This document shows, piece after piece, positions 48,533 through 57,497 of a stretch of 57,497 bases of DNA. The DNA is from an uncultured Acidobacteriota bacterium (GTDB lineage: Bacteria; Acidobacteriota; Vicinamibacteria; Vicinamibacterales; UBA8438): NCBI GenBank assembly GCA_913043225.1, contig CAJWLU010000021.1, forward strand, positions 1 to 57,497, written 5' to 3'. Both the position numbers and the translations under genes were made by a program. How positions within the stretch are numbered: the stretch's first letter is position 1; each line of letters starts with the position of its first letter. The notes under the pieces are model-generated. The model saw nothing but the letters and a program-made list of their open reading frames with translations. It was not told the origin of the DNA and did not search any database.

Positions 48533-51193
48533 TTAGCGGCCCATCTCCGAGGCCGTGGTTTTGGCGGTTGGCGTCGAGGGTTCCGGTTCACGTTGGACCG
48601 GGATACGCACGAACCCGGCGGCCGAGGTGACGTGGGTCAGCGCCCGGTCGAGCACGGCGACCAGCCGCGCGGTCTGCCAGGCCGTGCGTGCCGCGATGCC
48701 GAGGGTGGCGAGGCTGGCCACGGCCACGCCGACCGGAGGGGTGTAGAGCGCCATCGACGCCGCCATGCCGCTGGCAACCAGCCCGGCCAGCGTCATGCCG
48801 CGAAGGGTGCCGTTGAAGCTCGGCCGCAGGCGGCTCCGAACCCGGCACAGACAGGCTCCCTGGGGAAGCTCCTCCACCAAAATGCCCACGTGGAGCCATC
48901 CCCATCGACCCACGGCCAGGCTGAGGTCCCGGTCTGGCATCCAGCCCTCGTCGACGTCGACACGCGGCGCTGGACGGGCGGCTCGGAGTACGCCCACCAG
49001 CTCGCTGAGGAGCGTCGTGTGCGACGCCCAGCTCCCGCTCCAGAACAAGCGCTGACGGCCATCGCGCCCTACCAGGCGGAGGGCAGTGACCGCGTCGCGG
49101 AGGCTCGGCATCGGCATCTTCCAGGGATGCCGCATGACGTGTTGTGGTGCGACCGCTTCCGGTTGCGAGAGGCCGCGGAGACGTCCAACTGTTCGTGCCA
49201 CCGGCTGGACCAGGTGCAGCCAGGCGATCAGCCCACGATACAACCCGCGGCTGAGCCGGCCCGGCAGGCCCCAGACCCGAGGCAGGCCGGTCAGGTCAGA
49301 CAGCCATGCGTAACGGAGGCAGCCGCCCAGGGTCAGGAGCAGCGTCACGATGCCGGCGACCAGTGGCAGCCACGCCGCGTCCATGCCGGCCAGTGGTCCG
49401 ATGGTGCCGATCAGTAGCAACGCGAGGGTGCCCGCCATCCAGCCCGTTGAATGTGGGAGATACGGTGTCTGCCGCGTCTGGGTGCTGTACACGGAGGGGA
49501 ATGCGGCCGTGCCCCAGACCCCGGTGTTGACGCGCCGTTCGAGCCCCGCCCGCAGGAAGGGCAGGGGGCTGTATATCCGTCCATGCCAGACCATATGGCC
49601 GGCGAGAAACTTCTCCGGGTGATGCGCGTCGAGCCAGGTTTCTCCCTCGCCGTATCCGACCTGCTGCCGCCAGTAGGCGCCGACCGTGCCGCGGTGACGG
49701 TGCCAGACCAGGGCGGACGGGGCGAAGCCGATCTGGTGCCCGGCGGCCTGTAGCCGCCAGCAGATATCGACGTCGTCACCGGCGCGCAGGTACACCGGAT
49801 TGAAGCCGTCGACCGCGAGCAGCGCTTCTCGCCGGAAGGCCATGTTGCAGCCAGGGACATGCTCGGCGATCCGGTCGTCGAGCATGACGTGGGTCGGGCC
49901 GCCCGGTGACCGGGCGACACATTGTGCCCTCCATGGATCGTCGGCCGGAACGACATTGGGACCTCCTACGGCCACCAGGTTTGAGCGCAGGAGCGGTTGC
50001 ACCAGGTAGGTCAGCCAGTCCCGGTCGACCCGACAGTCCGCGTCGGTGTAGGCCACGATCTCCCCGGTGGCGGCGGCCAGTCCGGCATTACGCGCGGCGC
50101 TGAGGCCTCCGTTCAACAGGTCGATGACCTCCACCCCTGAATGCAGGCGGGCGATCTCGGCGGTCTCGTCCTGCGAGCCGTCGTTGATCACGATTAGCTG
50201 CGTACGGGGGTAGGTCAGCGTCTCGAGCGACGTCAGGCACTCGTCGATGGTCTCGGCGGCGTTGTAGGCGCACACGATGACCGACACCTCCGGCCAGTCG
50301 GCCGCGTCGGCCACCGGGAACGGCGCTTCGTCGAACACGCGGGTCACGGCGGCAAGCGCGGGTTTCGGGCGGCGCGAAGCGTCGACAAGCCCGAATGCCC
50401 AGTCGTTGATCACGTTCCCGCCCCGCCACCACTCGTCGGTCCACGCGTAGACGATCGCCCCGCAGGCACCCTCTTCGAAGGCACATCGCAGCTGCATCAC
50501 AGTGGTCTCGGCCTGTTCGTCCAGGCCTTCCCGCAGGCTGTCCGCGCCCGCTTCGGACAGCAGCAGCGGTCGATGACCGGCCACGTGCTGGAGCCGCACC
50601 AGATAGTCGCGCTGTGCCGACACCTCATGGAGGTAGACATTGAAGGCGCAAACGTCGAAGTAGTCGAGTTGCAAGAACTCGGTGGGGGGGAAGTTCACGT
50701 ACGTCAACAGACTGTCTGGCGCAGCCGACTTCACGTCGTCGTGGATCGCCCGGAGGAAGCGCTCGATCCGATGCGGCCCATGCCAGCGAACGATGCTGCC
50801 GGGGATCTCGTTGCCCACCGCGATGAGCAGCGTCGCCGGGTGGGCGGCAAGACGTCTCGCTTCATCGGTCGCTTCGTGCCGGATCCGCCTGGCCACGCGG
50901 AGGTCATCGAGAAAGGGGGTGTGTTGCGGCCATGAGAGGCCCGCCATGATCCGCAACTGGTGCCGGGACGCCGCATCGAGCACCCACTCGGGAGGCGGGG
51001 TGTAGGTGCGAACCGTATTCACACCCGCAGCCGCCATCTGGGCGAAATCGGCGTCGACCTGTTCGGCGGCTGGGAACTGCACCCCGTCGTCATTGGGCGC
51101 GAACGTGCCATAGGAAGCGCCGGCCACCAGGAAGCGTTGGCCATCGACCGCCAGGAACTTGCCGTCGACGGTGGCTCGGCCTGTCAAACCCAT
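48533..51193 (-). CDS. GH2-like TIM-barrel + family 2 glycosyltransferase fusion with C-terminal membrane region
   Basis: GVNTVRTY, VGNEIP, LSEAGADS, WTDEWW; VSVIVCAYNA, NDGS, YTDAD, GCNMAFR, GDDVD; ATG 51193 with TAAGAT 7 nt upstream. Confidence 0.9.
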   Translation of the reverse strand: MGLTGRATVDGKFLAVDGQRFLVAGASYGTFAPNDDGVQFPAAEQVDADFAQMAAAGVNTVRTYTPPPEWVLDAASRHQLRIMAGLSWPQHTPFLDDLRVARRIRHEATDEARRLAAHPATLLIAVGNEIPGSIVRWHGPHRIERFLRAIHDDVKSAAPDSLLTYVNFPPTEFLQLDYFDVCAFNVYLHEVSAQRDYLVRLQHVAGHRPLLLSEAGADSLREGLDEQAETTVMQLRCAFEEGACGAIVYAWTDEWWRGGNVINDWAFGLVDASRRPKPALAAVTRVFDEAPFPVADAADWPEVSVIVCAYNAAETIDECLTSLETLTYPRTQLIVINDGSQDETAEIARLHSGVEVIDLLNGGLSAARNAGLAAATGEIVAYTDADCRVDRDWLTYLVQPLLRSNLVAVGGPNVVPADDPWRAQCVARSPGGPTHVMLDDRIAEHVPGCNMAFRREALLAVDGFNPVYLRAGDDVDICWRLQAAGHQIGFAPSALVWHRHRGTVGAYWRQQVGYGEGETWLDAHHPEKFLAGHMVWHGRIYSPLPFLRAGLERRVNTGVWGTAAFPSVYSTQTRQTPYLPHSTGWMAGTLALLLIGTIGPLAGMDAAWLPLVAGIVTLLLTLGGCLRYAWLSDLTGLPRVWGLPGRLSRGLYRGLIAWLHLVQPVARTVGRLRGLSQPEAVAPQHVMRHPWKMPMPSLRDAVTALRLVGRDGRQRLFWSGSWASHTTLLSELVGVLRAARPAPRVDVDEGWMPDRDLSLAVGRWGWLHVGILVEELPQGACLCRVRSRLRPSFNGTLRGMTLAGLVASGMAASMALYTPPVGVAVASLATLGIAARTAWQTARLVAVLDRALTHVTSAAGFVRIPVQREPEPSTPTAKTTASEMGR

Positions 51194-51341
51194 GCCTTGC
51201 ATCTTACTATCCGGGGAATCTGAGCCTGGTGCCGTGGCCCGCCATGAGTGGCAGGTGTGGTGTTGACGTCGGCCCTCGCTGCAGGCATCCTCGACCCACG
51301 TGGTGGCCGGCAGCGGCCACCGTTCGTGAGGAGGAGTCCAG

Positions 51342-52397
51342 ATGCCCAAGTTGTTCGTTGCCTTCGGTTGCGGTCTCGTGACGCTGCCGCTGATTGCTGT
51401 CTCGGCCATGGCCCAGACGAGCCCGGACGAGGTGCCCCGCACGGCGTGGGGTGCGCCCGACCTCGGTGGGGTCTGGGATTACAAGACCCGCACGCCGCTG
51501 GAACGCCCGGAACGCTTCGGCGACCGGGAGTTTTTGACTGCCGAGGAGGCTGCCGAGATCGCGGATAACGAGCGAGCCAGCCTGCAGGCGATGGAAGAAC
51601 GGCCGGCCCAGCGTACGGTCGCCATACCGACTGCAGGCGACCGTCCAGGCCGATGGCTCGATTCACCCGATCATCCGAGCCTGCAGGGGCAGACCGGCTC
51701 GTACAACATCTTCTGGTTCGATTGGGGGACCGGGCCGGTCAGCACGTTGCGCACGTCGTTGATTGTCGACCCACCGAACGGCCGGATGCCAGAGCTGACC
51801 CTGGCGGGGCGGGAGCGGGCCCGGACCATGGGCGCGCGCTCATCGTTCAGCGAGACCGTCGTCGGCGCCGAGTCACACCTAGATTTCAGCAACTCGGATC
51901 GTTGCCTCATGAGCGGCAATGCGGGACCGCCGATGCTGCCCGGCGTCTACAACAACAACATGCAGCTGTTCCAGACACCGGATCACGTGGCCATCATGAA
52001 CGAGATGATGCACACCGTGCGTATCATCCCGATTGACGCGCCGCCAGCCCCAGATGACGGGGTCCGACAGTATGTGGGCGAAGGGCGAGGCCACTGGGAA
52101 GGTGACACGCTGGTGGTGGAGACGAAGGACTTCAACGACGACCGCACCCACATCACTTGGCGGAACACCAGCCGGAACCGGACACTGGTCGAACGCTTCA
52201 CCCGCGTGGACGTCGACACGATGCTCTATGAGTTCACGGTGATCGACTCTGATACATGGGGGGCGCCGTGGTCGGTCCAGCTGCCGATGCAGCACAGCGC
52301 GCTGCCGGTCTTCGAGTTTGCCTGCCACGAGGGCAACTACGGGCTCCTCAACATGCTCGCCGGCAACCGAAAGCAAGAGGCCGAGGCGGGGCGCTAG
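51342..52397 (+). CDS. Uncharacterised secreted protein, EYACHE family (paralog 4)
   Basis: RBS GAGGAG; signal peptide; GAPDLGG, TPLERP, YNIFW, RTSLIVDPP, DRC, GPPM, EMMH, WEGDTLVVET, EFACHEGNY. Confidence 0.88.
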   Translation: MPKLFVAFGCGLVTLPLIAVSAMAQTSPDEVPRTAWGAPDLGGVWDYKTRTPLERPERFGDREFLTAEEAAEIADNERASLQAMEERPAQRTVAIPTAGDRPGRWLDSPDHPSLQGQTGSYNIFWFDWGTGPVSTLRTSLIVDPPNGRMPELTLAGRERARTMGARSSFSETVVGAESHLDFSNSDRCLMSGNAGPPMLPGVYNNNMQLFQTPDHVAIMNEMMHTVRIIPIDAPPAPDDGVRQYVGEGRGHWEGDTLVVETKDFNDDRTHITWRNTSRNRTLVERFTRVDVDTMLYEFTVIDSDTWGAPWSVQLPMQHSALPVFEFACHEGNYGLLNMLAGNRKQEAEAGR

Positions 52398-52474
52398 CGC
52401 GCTGCCGATTACTGGTCAAGCGCCCTCGTGGAGGACAACACGGGGGCGTCGCGATTCAACACAGTGGAGGGAAG

Positions 52475-53491
52475 ATGCGTTTTTTCGGCACGTTCCGTTC
52501 GACCGCAACCGTTTGCCTATACCTTGCTCTCACCGCTGGCGTCGGGCTGGCGTCGTGGCCAGCGACAGCGGCCGCTCAGGGCGCCGAGCCGATCACCCGG
52601 GCTGAGTTCCAGCAGTGGATGGAGCAGATCTCGAACTGGGGGCGATGGGGCACTGAGGACGAGCTCGGCACGTTGAATCTCATTACCGACGAGAAACGCC
52701 GAGCGGCCAGCCAGCTGGTCGAGGATGGTGTTTCGGTGTCGATGGCGCTTGAGCTGAACACCACGCGCGATCCCCTCAATGCGAACCCGTTCGAGCATGC
52801 CTTGAGCACCTCCATGTTCACCGGCCATGAGGTGGCTGGCGACGTTTACTCGGTGCAGTATCACGGCTTCGCACACTCTCACCTAGACGGGCTCCCGCAC
52901 TTCGCCCACAACGGGCAGCTCTATAACGGGTTTCCGGTGAGCGGGCTCACGCCCTCGGGGGCCGAGCGCCTGGGGATTCATAACGCCCGAGACGGCATCG
53001 TCACCCGGGGTGTGCTGATCGACATGGCGCGGCACCGGGGCGTCGACTATCTCGAGCCGGGGACGGCGATCACGGTCGAGGACCTAGAGGCGTGGGAGCG
53101 CGCCACCGGCGTGCGGGTGGCTAGCGGTGACGTGCTGCTGATCCGGACCGGTCGCTGGGAGGCGGTGCGGCAGCTCGGCCAGTGGAACTTCGTGGCGCGC
53201 GCGGCCGGGTCGCATGCTTCGGTCGCCGCGTGGCTCAAGGCGCGCGACGTGGCCGTGATCGGCAGCGACGGCGTGAGCGACGTCATGCCGTCGGGACTCG
53301 AGGGGTTCGCCAATCCGCTGCACGAGCTCGTGATCGTGGGGTTAGGGATGCCGATCCTAGACAACCTTGACCTGGACGCCGTGGCTGCGGCGGCCGCCGA
53401 GCGCGACCGGTGGGAGTTCATGTTCGTCGGAGCGCCGCTGCGCGTGCGCGGTGGCACCGGCTCGCCGCTGAACCCATTGGCGATCTTCTAG
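52475..53491 (+). CDS. Secreted cyclase-family (kynurenine formamidase-like) metal hydrolase
   Basis: NWGRWG..DELGTLN, HSHLDGLPH, TRGVLID, GDVLLIRTG, GGTGSPLNP; RBS GGAGG. Confidence 0.9.
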   Translation: MRFFGTFRSTATVCLYLALTAGVGLASWPATAAAQGAEPITRAEFQQWMEQISNWGRWGTEDELGTLNLITDEKRRAASQLVEDGVSVSMALELNTTRDPLNANPFEHALSTSMFTGHEVAGDVYSVQYHGFAHSHLDGLPHFAHNGQLYNGFPVSGLTPSGAERLGIHNARDGIVTRGVLIDMARHRGVDYLEPGTAITVEDLEAWERATGVRVASGDVLLIRTGRWEAVRQLGQWNFVARAAGSHASVAAWLKARDVAVIGSDGVSDVMPSGLEGFANPLHELVIVGLGMPILDNLDLDAVAAAAAERDRWEFMFVGAPLRVRGGTGSPLNPLAIF

Positions 53492-53525
53492 TTAGAGGGG
53501 GCGTTGCCCTGCACTCTTGGCCAGG

Positions 53526-55280
53526 CTATTCGGGCAGCGCGAAGATAAAGAGGTTGTTGCCCGCGCTGGGACTGATCTCCGGTGTCAGGCGGATGAAGCC
53601 GGACGCGGTCGCGGCGCTGCCGGTGCTGACGGCCACATACTGGCGCCCGTCGACGCCGAAGCTGATGGGAAAGCCGGTGACAGGTGACCCGAGGTTGATT
53701 TCCCACAGTGTTTCGCCGGTGTCTTGATCGAACGCGCGAAATCGCCCGTTCACATCGCCGCCGAACACCAGTCCGCCCCCGGTTGTCATGAGCGACATGG
53801 TGGCGGTCCGCTGCTCGTGGACCCAGGCGGTCTGGCCGGTCTCGGCCGAGATCGCGCGAACGGTGCCGAGCTGGTCGTTGCCTGGCGCTAGCTGAAACCG
53901 GGCCGCCAGCCGGTAGATGGCCAAGCCGCCTTCCATCGTCGACAGCACCCGCGCACACGTGTTCCGTAGCGGGTAGTACATCGTGTTGGTCAGCGGACTG
54001 TAGGCGCCCGTCTCCCAGTCCTTGCCTCCGATCCAGGACGGGCAGGCCAGTACCTCCTGGCCCAGGCCGGTGAAGATAACTTCCGAGTTCTCGGTGACCG
54101 CACCGGTGGCGCCGTCGATGTTGCTGATGACGTTCTGGGTCACGGTCGGGGTAGCCCACAGGAACTCGCCGGTTTCGCGGTCGAGCGTGTAAACCACGCC
54201 GGTCTTGCCCGGGATGCCGGTGATCACGCGACGGGTCTCACCAGGCTGGATCCTCGGGTTGATCCAGTCCACCTGGGTCGGATCCGGCGCGACCGCCGTG
54301 TCCACGAGCAGTCGCTCGAAGGGATGGTCGAGATCCCAGTGGTCGTTGAGGTGCTGGTAGTACCAGACGATCTCGCCCGTGTCGCCGTCGAGGGCTAGTG
54401 TCGAGTTGTGGTACAGGTGCGCGAGGTCGGTGCCGCCGAGCATGAATTTCGGCGCGGGCGAGGTGACCGACGTGCCGATGTAGACCAGGTTCAGCGTGGG
54501 GTCATAGCTCGGCACCATCCAGGCGCCAACATGGCGCCTCTCCTCATAGGCGACGTCGCCCCAGGTTTCGTCACCCGGTTCGCCCGGTGCCGGTATGGTC
54601 GACCGGCGCCATAGCTCGGCCCCGGTCGTGGCGTCGTGGGCCGTGATGACGCACGACTCGGTGGTGACGCAGCTCCGCCCCGAGATGACCTTGCCGTTGG
54701 CGACGATCGGTCCCGAACTCTGCATCGCCCGGTTGGTCTCGTAGTCGAGAATTTCGGTTTCCCAGACCATCTCGCCGGTGGTGGCATCGAGAGCGAAGAC
54801 ATAGTCGTCGATGCTCGTGTCGATGATCCGGTCGCCATAGATCGCGACGTTGCGATTGTTCGTGACCAGACCGCCTTCGGCTACGTCGTCAGGTACCTCC
54901 CGCCGATGCTCCCAGAGCAGGTCACCGGTAACGGCGTCCAGGGCCTGGATCACGTCGCGTGGATTTGGCATGTAGAGCACGCCGTCGTAGGCCAGCGGCG
55001 TCCCTTGCTGGCTTCCGGGCCCGAGTGCGCGTGTCCAGACCATGCGCAACCGGTCCACGTTCTCGCGCGTGATCTCGTCAAGCGGACTGTAGCCCCAGCC
55101 GTCAAGCGTGCGGCGCCACATCAGCCAGTCGTCGTCGGCCGGTTCTTGCAGCATCTGGTCGGTGACCGGGACGAACTCGCGGTTGGATTGGGCGAACACG
55201 GTGGCCGAGCCGGCCCAGGCGAACGTGGCGATCAAGAGCGCTAGCAAACCGGAGGGTGTAATGCGCGATGGCGTGGGCAT
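53526..55280 (-). CDS. PQQ-dependent dehydrogenase-like protein (divergent ADH-type)
   Basis: Signal peptide; WRRTLDGWGYSPLDEI, QGTPL, YHNSTLALD, DHWDLDHPFE, TGGGLVFGG, GRQYVAV. Confidence 0.9.
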   Translation of the reverse strand: MPTPSRITPSGLLALLIATFAWAGSATVFAQSNREFVPVTDQMLQEPADDDWLMWRRTLDGWGYSPLDEITRENVDRLRMVWTRALGPGSQQGTPLAYDGVLYMPNPRDVIQALDAVTGDLLWEHRREVPDDVAEGGLVTNNRNVAIYGDRIIDTSIDDYVFALDATTGEMVWETEILDYETNRAMQSSGPIVANGKVISGRSCVTTESCVITAHDATTGAELWRRSTIPAPGEPGDETWGDVAYEERRHVGAWMVPSYDPTLNLVYIGTSVTSPAPKFMLGGTDLAHLYHNSTLALDGDTGEIVWYYQHLNDHWDLDHPFERLLVDTAVAPDPTQVDWINPRIQPGETRRVITGIPGKTGVVYTLDRETGEFLWATPTVTQNVISNIDGATGAVTENSEVIFTGLGQEVLACPSWIGGKDWETGAYSPLTNTMYYPLRNTCARVLSTMEGGLAIYRLAARFQLAPGNDQLGTVRAISAETGQTAWVHEQRTATMSLMTTGGGLVFGGDVNGRFRAFDQDTGETLWEINLGSPVTGFPISFGVDGRQYVAVSTGSAATASGFIRLTPEISPSAGNNLFIFALPE

Positions 55281-55331
55281 TGTGGGGTCCTCGGTTGGGT
55301 GAGCGCCCCCTCGGGCGGTCACTGACCATGC

Positions 55332-55460
55332 TTAGGATGGCGTCAGCCTACCGTAGTTACGACCGTCTCGTGAAGCCGTTGGGGCGGTTTCGGCAGCACA
55401 GCTGTTGATGAGTACGAAGGAACCTGCGGCCGCTGTCTTCAGGAATGTCCTGCGTTTCAT
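55332..55460 (-). CDS. 42-aa small ORF: Tat signal plus lipobox with a very short mature part (or truncated gene)
   Basis: MKRRTFLKTAAAGSFVLINSCAAETAPTASRDGRNYGRLTPS*; TGgTAACTT 7 nt upstream of the ATG. Confidence 0.6.
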   Translation of the reverse strand: MKRRTFLKTAAAGSFVLINSCAAETAPTASRDGRNYGRLTPS

Positions 55461-55477
55461 GGCTACTAAGTTACCAG

Positions 55478-56986
55478 CTAAAGTCCAGCGGCTGAAGGCA
55501 CCCGCCTAGCCAGCCCGCCGGCGCAGCGGTCGAGCACCGACCCCAGGTCGGCCACCGCTCGCCGGGCTCTGAATCGGGCGAGATGAACAGAGCGCCAGTC
55601 CGCTCCTTCCCACCACTGAGCTTCTCTGACCAGCGCCTCAAGCAGGGTGCAGGCGTCGCCATCATCTACATCGGATAGCGAGTTGACCAAGGCTGGCACG
55701 GCATCGGCACTGAGCGATGCTAGGTAATCCGTGTCGAGTTCTGCCCCAGCCATCGCCCGTTCGACGTTGGTGCGGACCACTAACGCATCGGGATTGAGTG
55801 CGTTCACCAGTCCGAGCACACAGAGCGCGCTTGCCACGGCGCCGAACGCGAACCGCTCCCCGCGGCCTCTCAAGACCGTGACGCTGAACCACCCGATGGT
55901 GAGCGCCGCCCAGCTCAGGACGGCAGTGGCATAGGCTCGGTCTTGGGTGAGCCCGTAGGCGTCCAGGTAGAGCCGCATCCGGTCGATCGCCGACGCCATG
56001 ATCAGGCTCACGAGGAAAAGAAGCATCGCGGATAGGGTCCGCACCATCCGCTTCGCCGTTGGGTTGGAGTCTGCGACGACGGCGTTTGCCGCCAGTAGCA
56101 CCGGCAGAATTAGCACCGCGACGGCCACGAGCTCGAAGAATCCCCGCCGCGCGTAGTCGGCGTAGCCCAGACCGGCGGTCTCGCGAACTAGGTCCTGGCC
56201 GCCGAAGACGTAGCTAGCCTGCAGTAACACGAACATCAGGAAGAGGGCGGTGAGCACTCCCAGCGGCATGCCGAGCTCCAGTGTGCCCAGGGTCGGGCGG
56301 AAGTCGCGGCGCCAGTTCGCCGGCGGCTCTGGGACGCCCGTTGCCACGGCGATCAGGTAGCCGCATGCGATCCAGCTCATGATGCCGATACCGAAGACGT
56401 GCGAAACCACTGCCTCCAAATTGTGGTCGAACAGCGATCCCACCAGCCGTTCGAATCCAGCGTCGGCCGACACGAGCAGGGCGCCGAACATCGTCACCAG
56501 GGGTAGCGTCAGCAGCAGGCCGACGAGGCCAGCCACGCTAAGGCGGCGTCGACGCATCCTGTGGAGCAGGGTAGGCCACGCCGTGTCGTCCAGGGCGATC
56601 TGTACCGGTCCTAATGCTGACCGGAGGCCGGTCGTGATACCGCCAACCACGTAGTCGAGTGTCCGACCAGTCACGAGACTGGTGCCACCCACTCGGAGCA
56701 CCGGTAGTGCCAGGGTGCCGGCGAGAGCCAGTAGGTTCAGGACAGTGAGCATCGGTGCTGCCCGCCAGGCGACCGCCAAGGCGAACAGGAGAGGCAGGAA
56801 AAGCAGCCTGGAAATGCGGTCACGTGGCCCAACCGCAGCCGCTGCTACCGTCAGTGCGCCAGTGCCGACGAAAACATTGATCCCCCAAGGCTCGGCGCGA
56901 ATCAGCCAGTTCCCGAGCAGGCCGAGCGCGAGGGTCGACCACAGGAGTCTGGCTAGCATCCCTGGCGATATGGCTCTACCGTTCAC
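55478..56986 (-). CDS. DUF4153/DUF4173 family membrane protein
   Basis: LLVSAD..F, YADYARRGFFELV, RMRLYLDAYGLT.DR, NPD...VRTN, YLASLSADAVP. Confidence 0.88.
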   Translation of the reverse strand: MNGRAISPGMLARLLWSTLALGLLGNWLIRAEPWGINVFVGTGALTVAAAAVGPRDRISRLLFLPLLFALAVAWRAAPMLTVLNLLALAGTLALPVLRVGGTSLVTGRTLDYVVGGITTGLRSALGPVQIALDDTAWPTLLHRMRRRRLSVAGLVGLLLTLPLVTMFGALLVSADAGFERLVGSLFDHNLEAVVSHVFGIGIMSWIACGYLIAVATGVPEPPANWRRDFRPTLGTLELGMPLGVLTALFLMFVLLQASYVFGGQDLVRETAGLGYADYARRGFFELVAVAVLILPVLLAANAVVADSNPTAKRMVRTLSAMLLFLVSLIMASAIDRMRLYLDAYGLTQDRAYATAVLSWAALTIGWFSVTVLRGRGERFAFGAVASALCVLGLVNALNPDALVVRTNVERAMAGAELDTDYLASLSADAVPALVNSLSDVDDGDACTLLEALVREAQWWEGADWRSVHLARFRARRAVADLGSVLDRCAGGLARRVPSAAGL

Positions 56987-57257
56987 TGCGTCCTTCGCGA
57001 GACTACGCTCGCACTGCTCAATGAAGACAACAAAGAGGAACGTCTTGCTTTCTTTGGGTCGATTCTTGAGAGGAACGGCCAGTACAAGCTCTTTAGCTAC
57101 GTCATTGCTTGATCGCTAGACGAAAGCGTGGCCAGCTTTGCCCATTCCTCGACGATTACATATGGGTTCGTGAAGTTCCGCGCAGCGGTTTCCTACCCTT
57201 CGATCCGCAACCGGCCGGTTTATCCCTGTCGTTCGCAGATGAAGAGCTTACGGTGGC

Positions 57258-57497
57258 TTACCGCGGGTGCGCGGTCTCCCACTCGCGAGCGAGGCGTTGG
57301 GCTTTGGCGATCTGCTCCGGAGTCATCACCGCGTCTGCAGTCAGATCGCGAAGACGGGCGGCCTCCTCTCGCTGTTCACCGGTTCCTTGTGCGGCCGCAA
57401 GGTCGAGCCACATGTATGCCTGCACGGCGTCCTTGGATATCCCTTCGCCGTCGGCGTAACTGACCCCAAGGTTGAATTGCGCGTCGGCGTGTCCCTG
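57258..57497 (-). CDS. Sel1-repeat protein, C-terminal part (5'-truncated by the window edge; absent from the ORF track)
   Basis: QGHADAQFNLGVSYADGEGISKDAVQAYMWLDLAAAQG...MTPEQIAKAQRLAREW*. Confidence 0.88.
   Translation of the reverse strand, partial: QGHADAQFNLGVSYADGEGISKDAVQAYMWLDLAAAQGTGEQREEAARLRDLTADAVMTPEQIAKAQRLAREWETAHPR

Noticed and set aside
1..57497. Many long overlapping or antisense ORFs (e.g. 7260..8288, 27774..28943, 40880..42172, 42203..43918, 46092..47741)
   Set aside because: Shadow frames of well-supported genes in high-GC DNA, with no family motifs
1..57497. CRISPR array, tRNA/rRNA, IS element or integrase
   Set aside because: No repeat-spacer periodicity, cloverleaf or transposase/recombinase motif was seen by eye

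Overview
High-GC, gene-dense bacterial chromosomal region with about 47 coding regions. No rRNA, tRNA, CRISPR array, transposase or integrase was recognisable. The gene families (DUF1592/DUF1552 with an ankyrin protein, several PQQ-type beta-propellers, DUF6152, many signal-peptide proteins) resemble Acidobacteriota such as Vicinamibacteria, but that assignment is tentative. Housekeeping and transport genes (aroC, lctP, tctABC, DMT, TauE, CNNM) are interspersed with many exported redox and hydrolytic proteins. Best leads: (1) a stand-alone mitochondrial/spirochete-type EF-G1 followed by a RecA/KaiC/DnaB-fold ATPase fused to a circularly permuted SLOG-like domain; (2) a heme c-fused PHM-like copper monooxygenase next to a PAL-like NHL propeller; (3) an ankyrin-DUF1592-DUF1552-(cytochrome c/Vgb propeller) operon; (4) four paralogs of an uncharacterised secreted EYACHE family with an N-terminal-His DUF6152 partner; (5) a Tat-exported alpha-hydroxy-acid oxidase with CxxC and CxxCH insertions. 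Smaller items are a frameshifted acyl-CoA ligase remnant, a 42-aa Tat-lipoprotein ORF, a tandem tautomerase pair, candidate structured intergenic RNAs and recurrent leaderless promoters. All family assignments come from reading motifs by eye; no database search was run.
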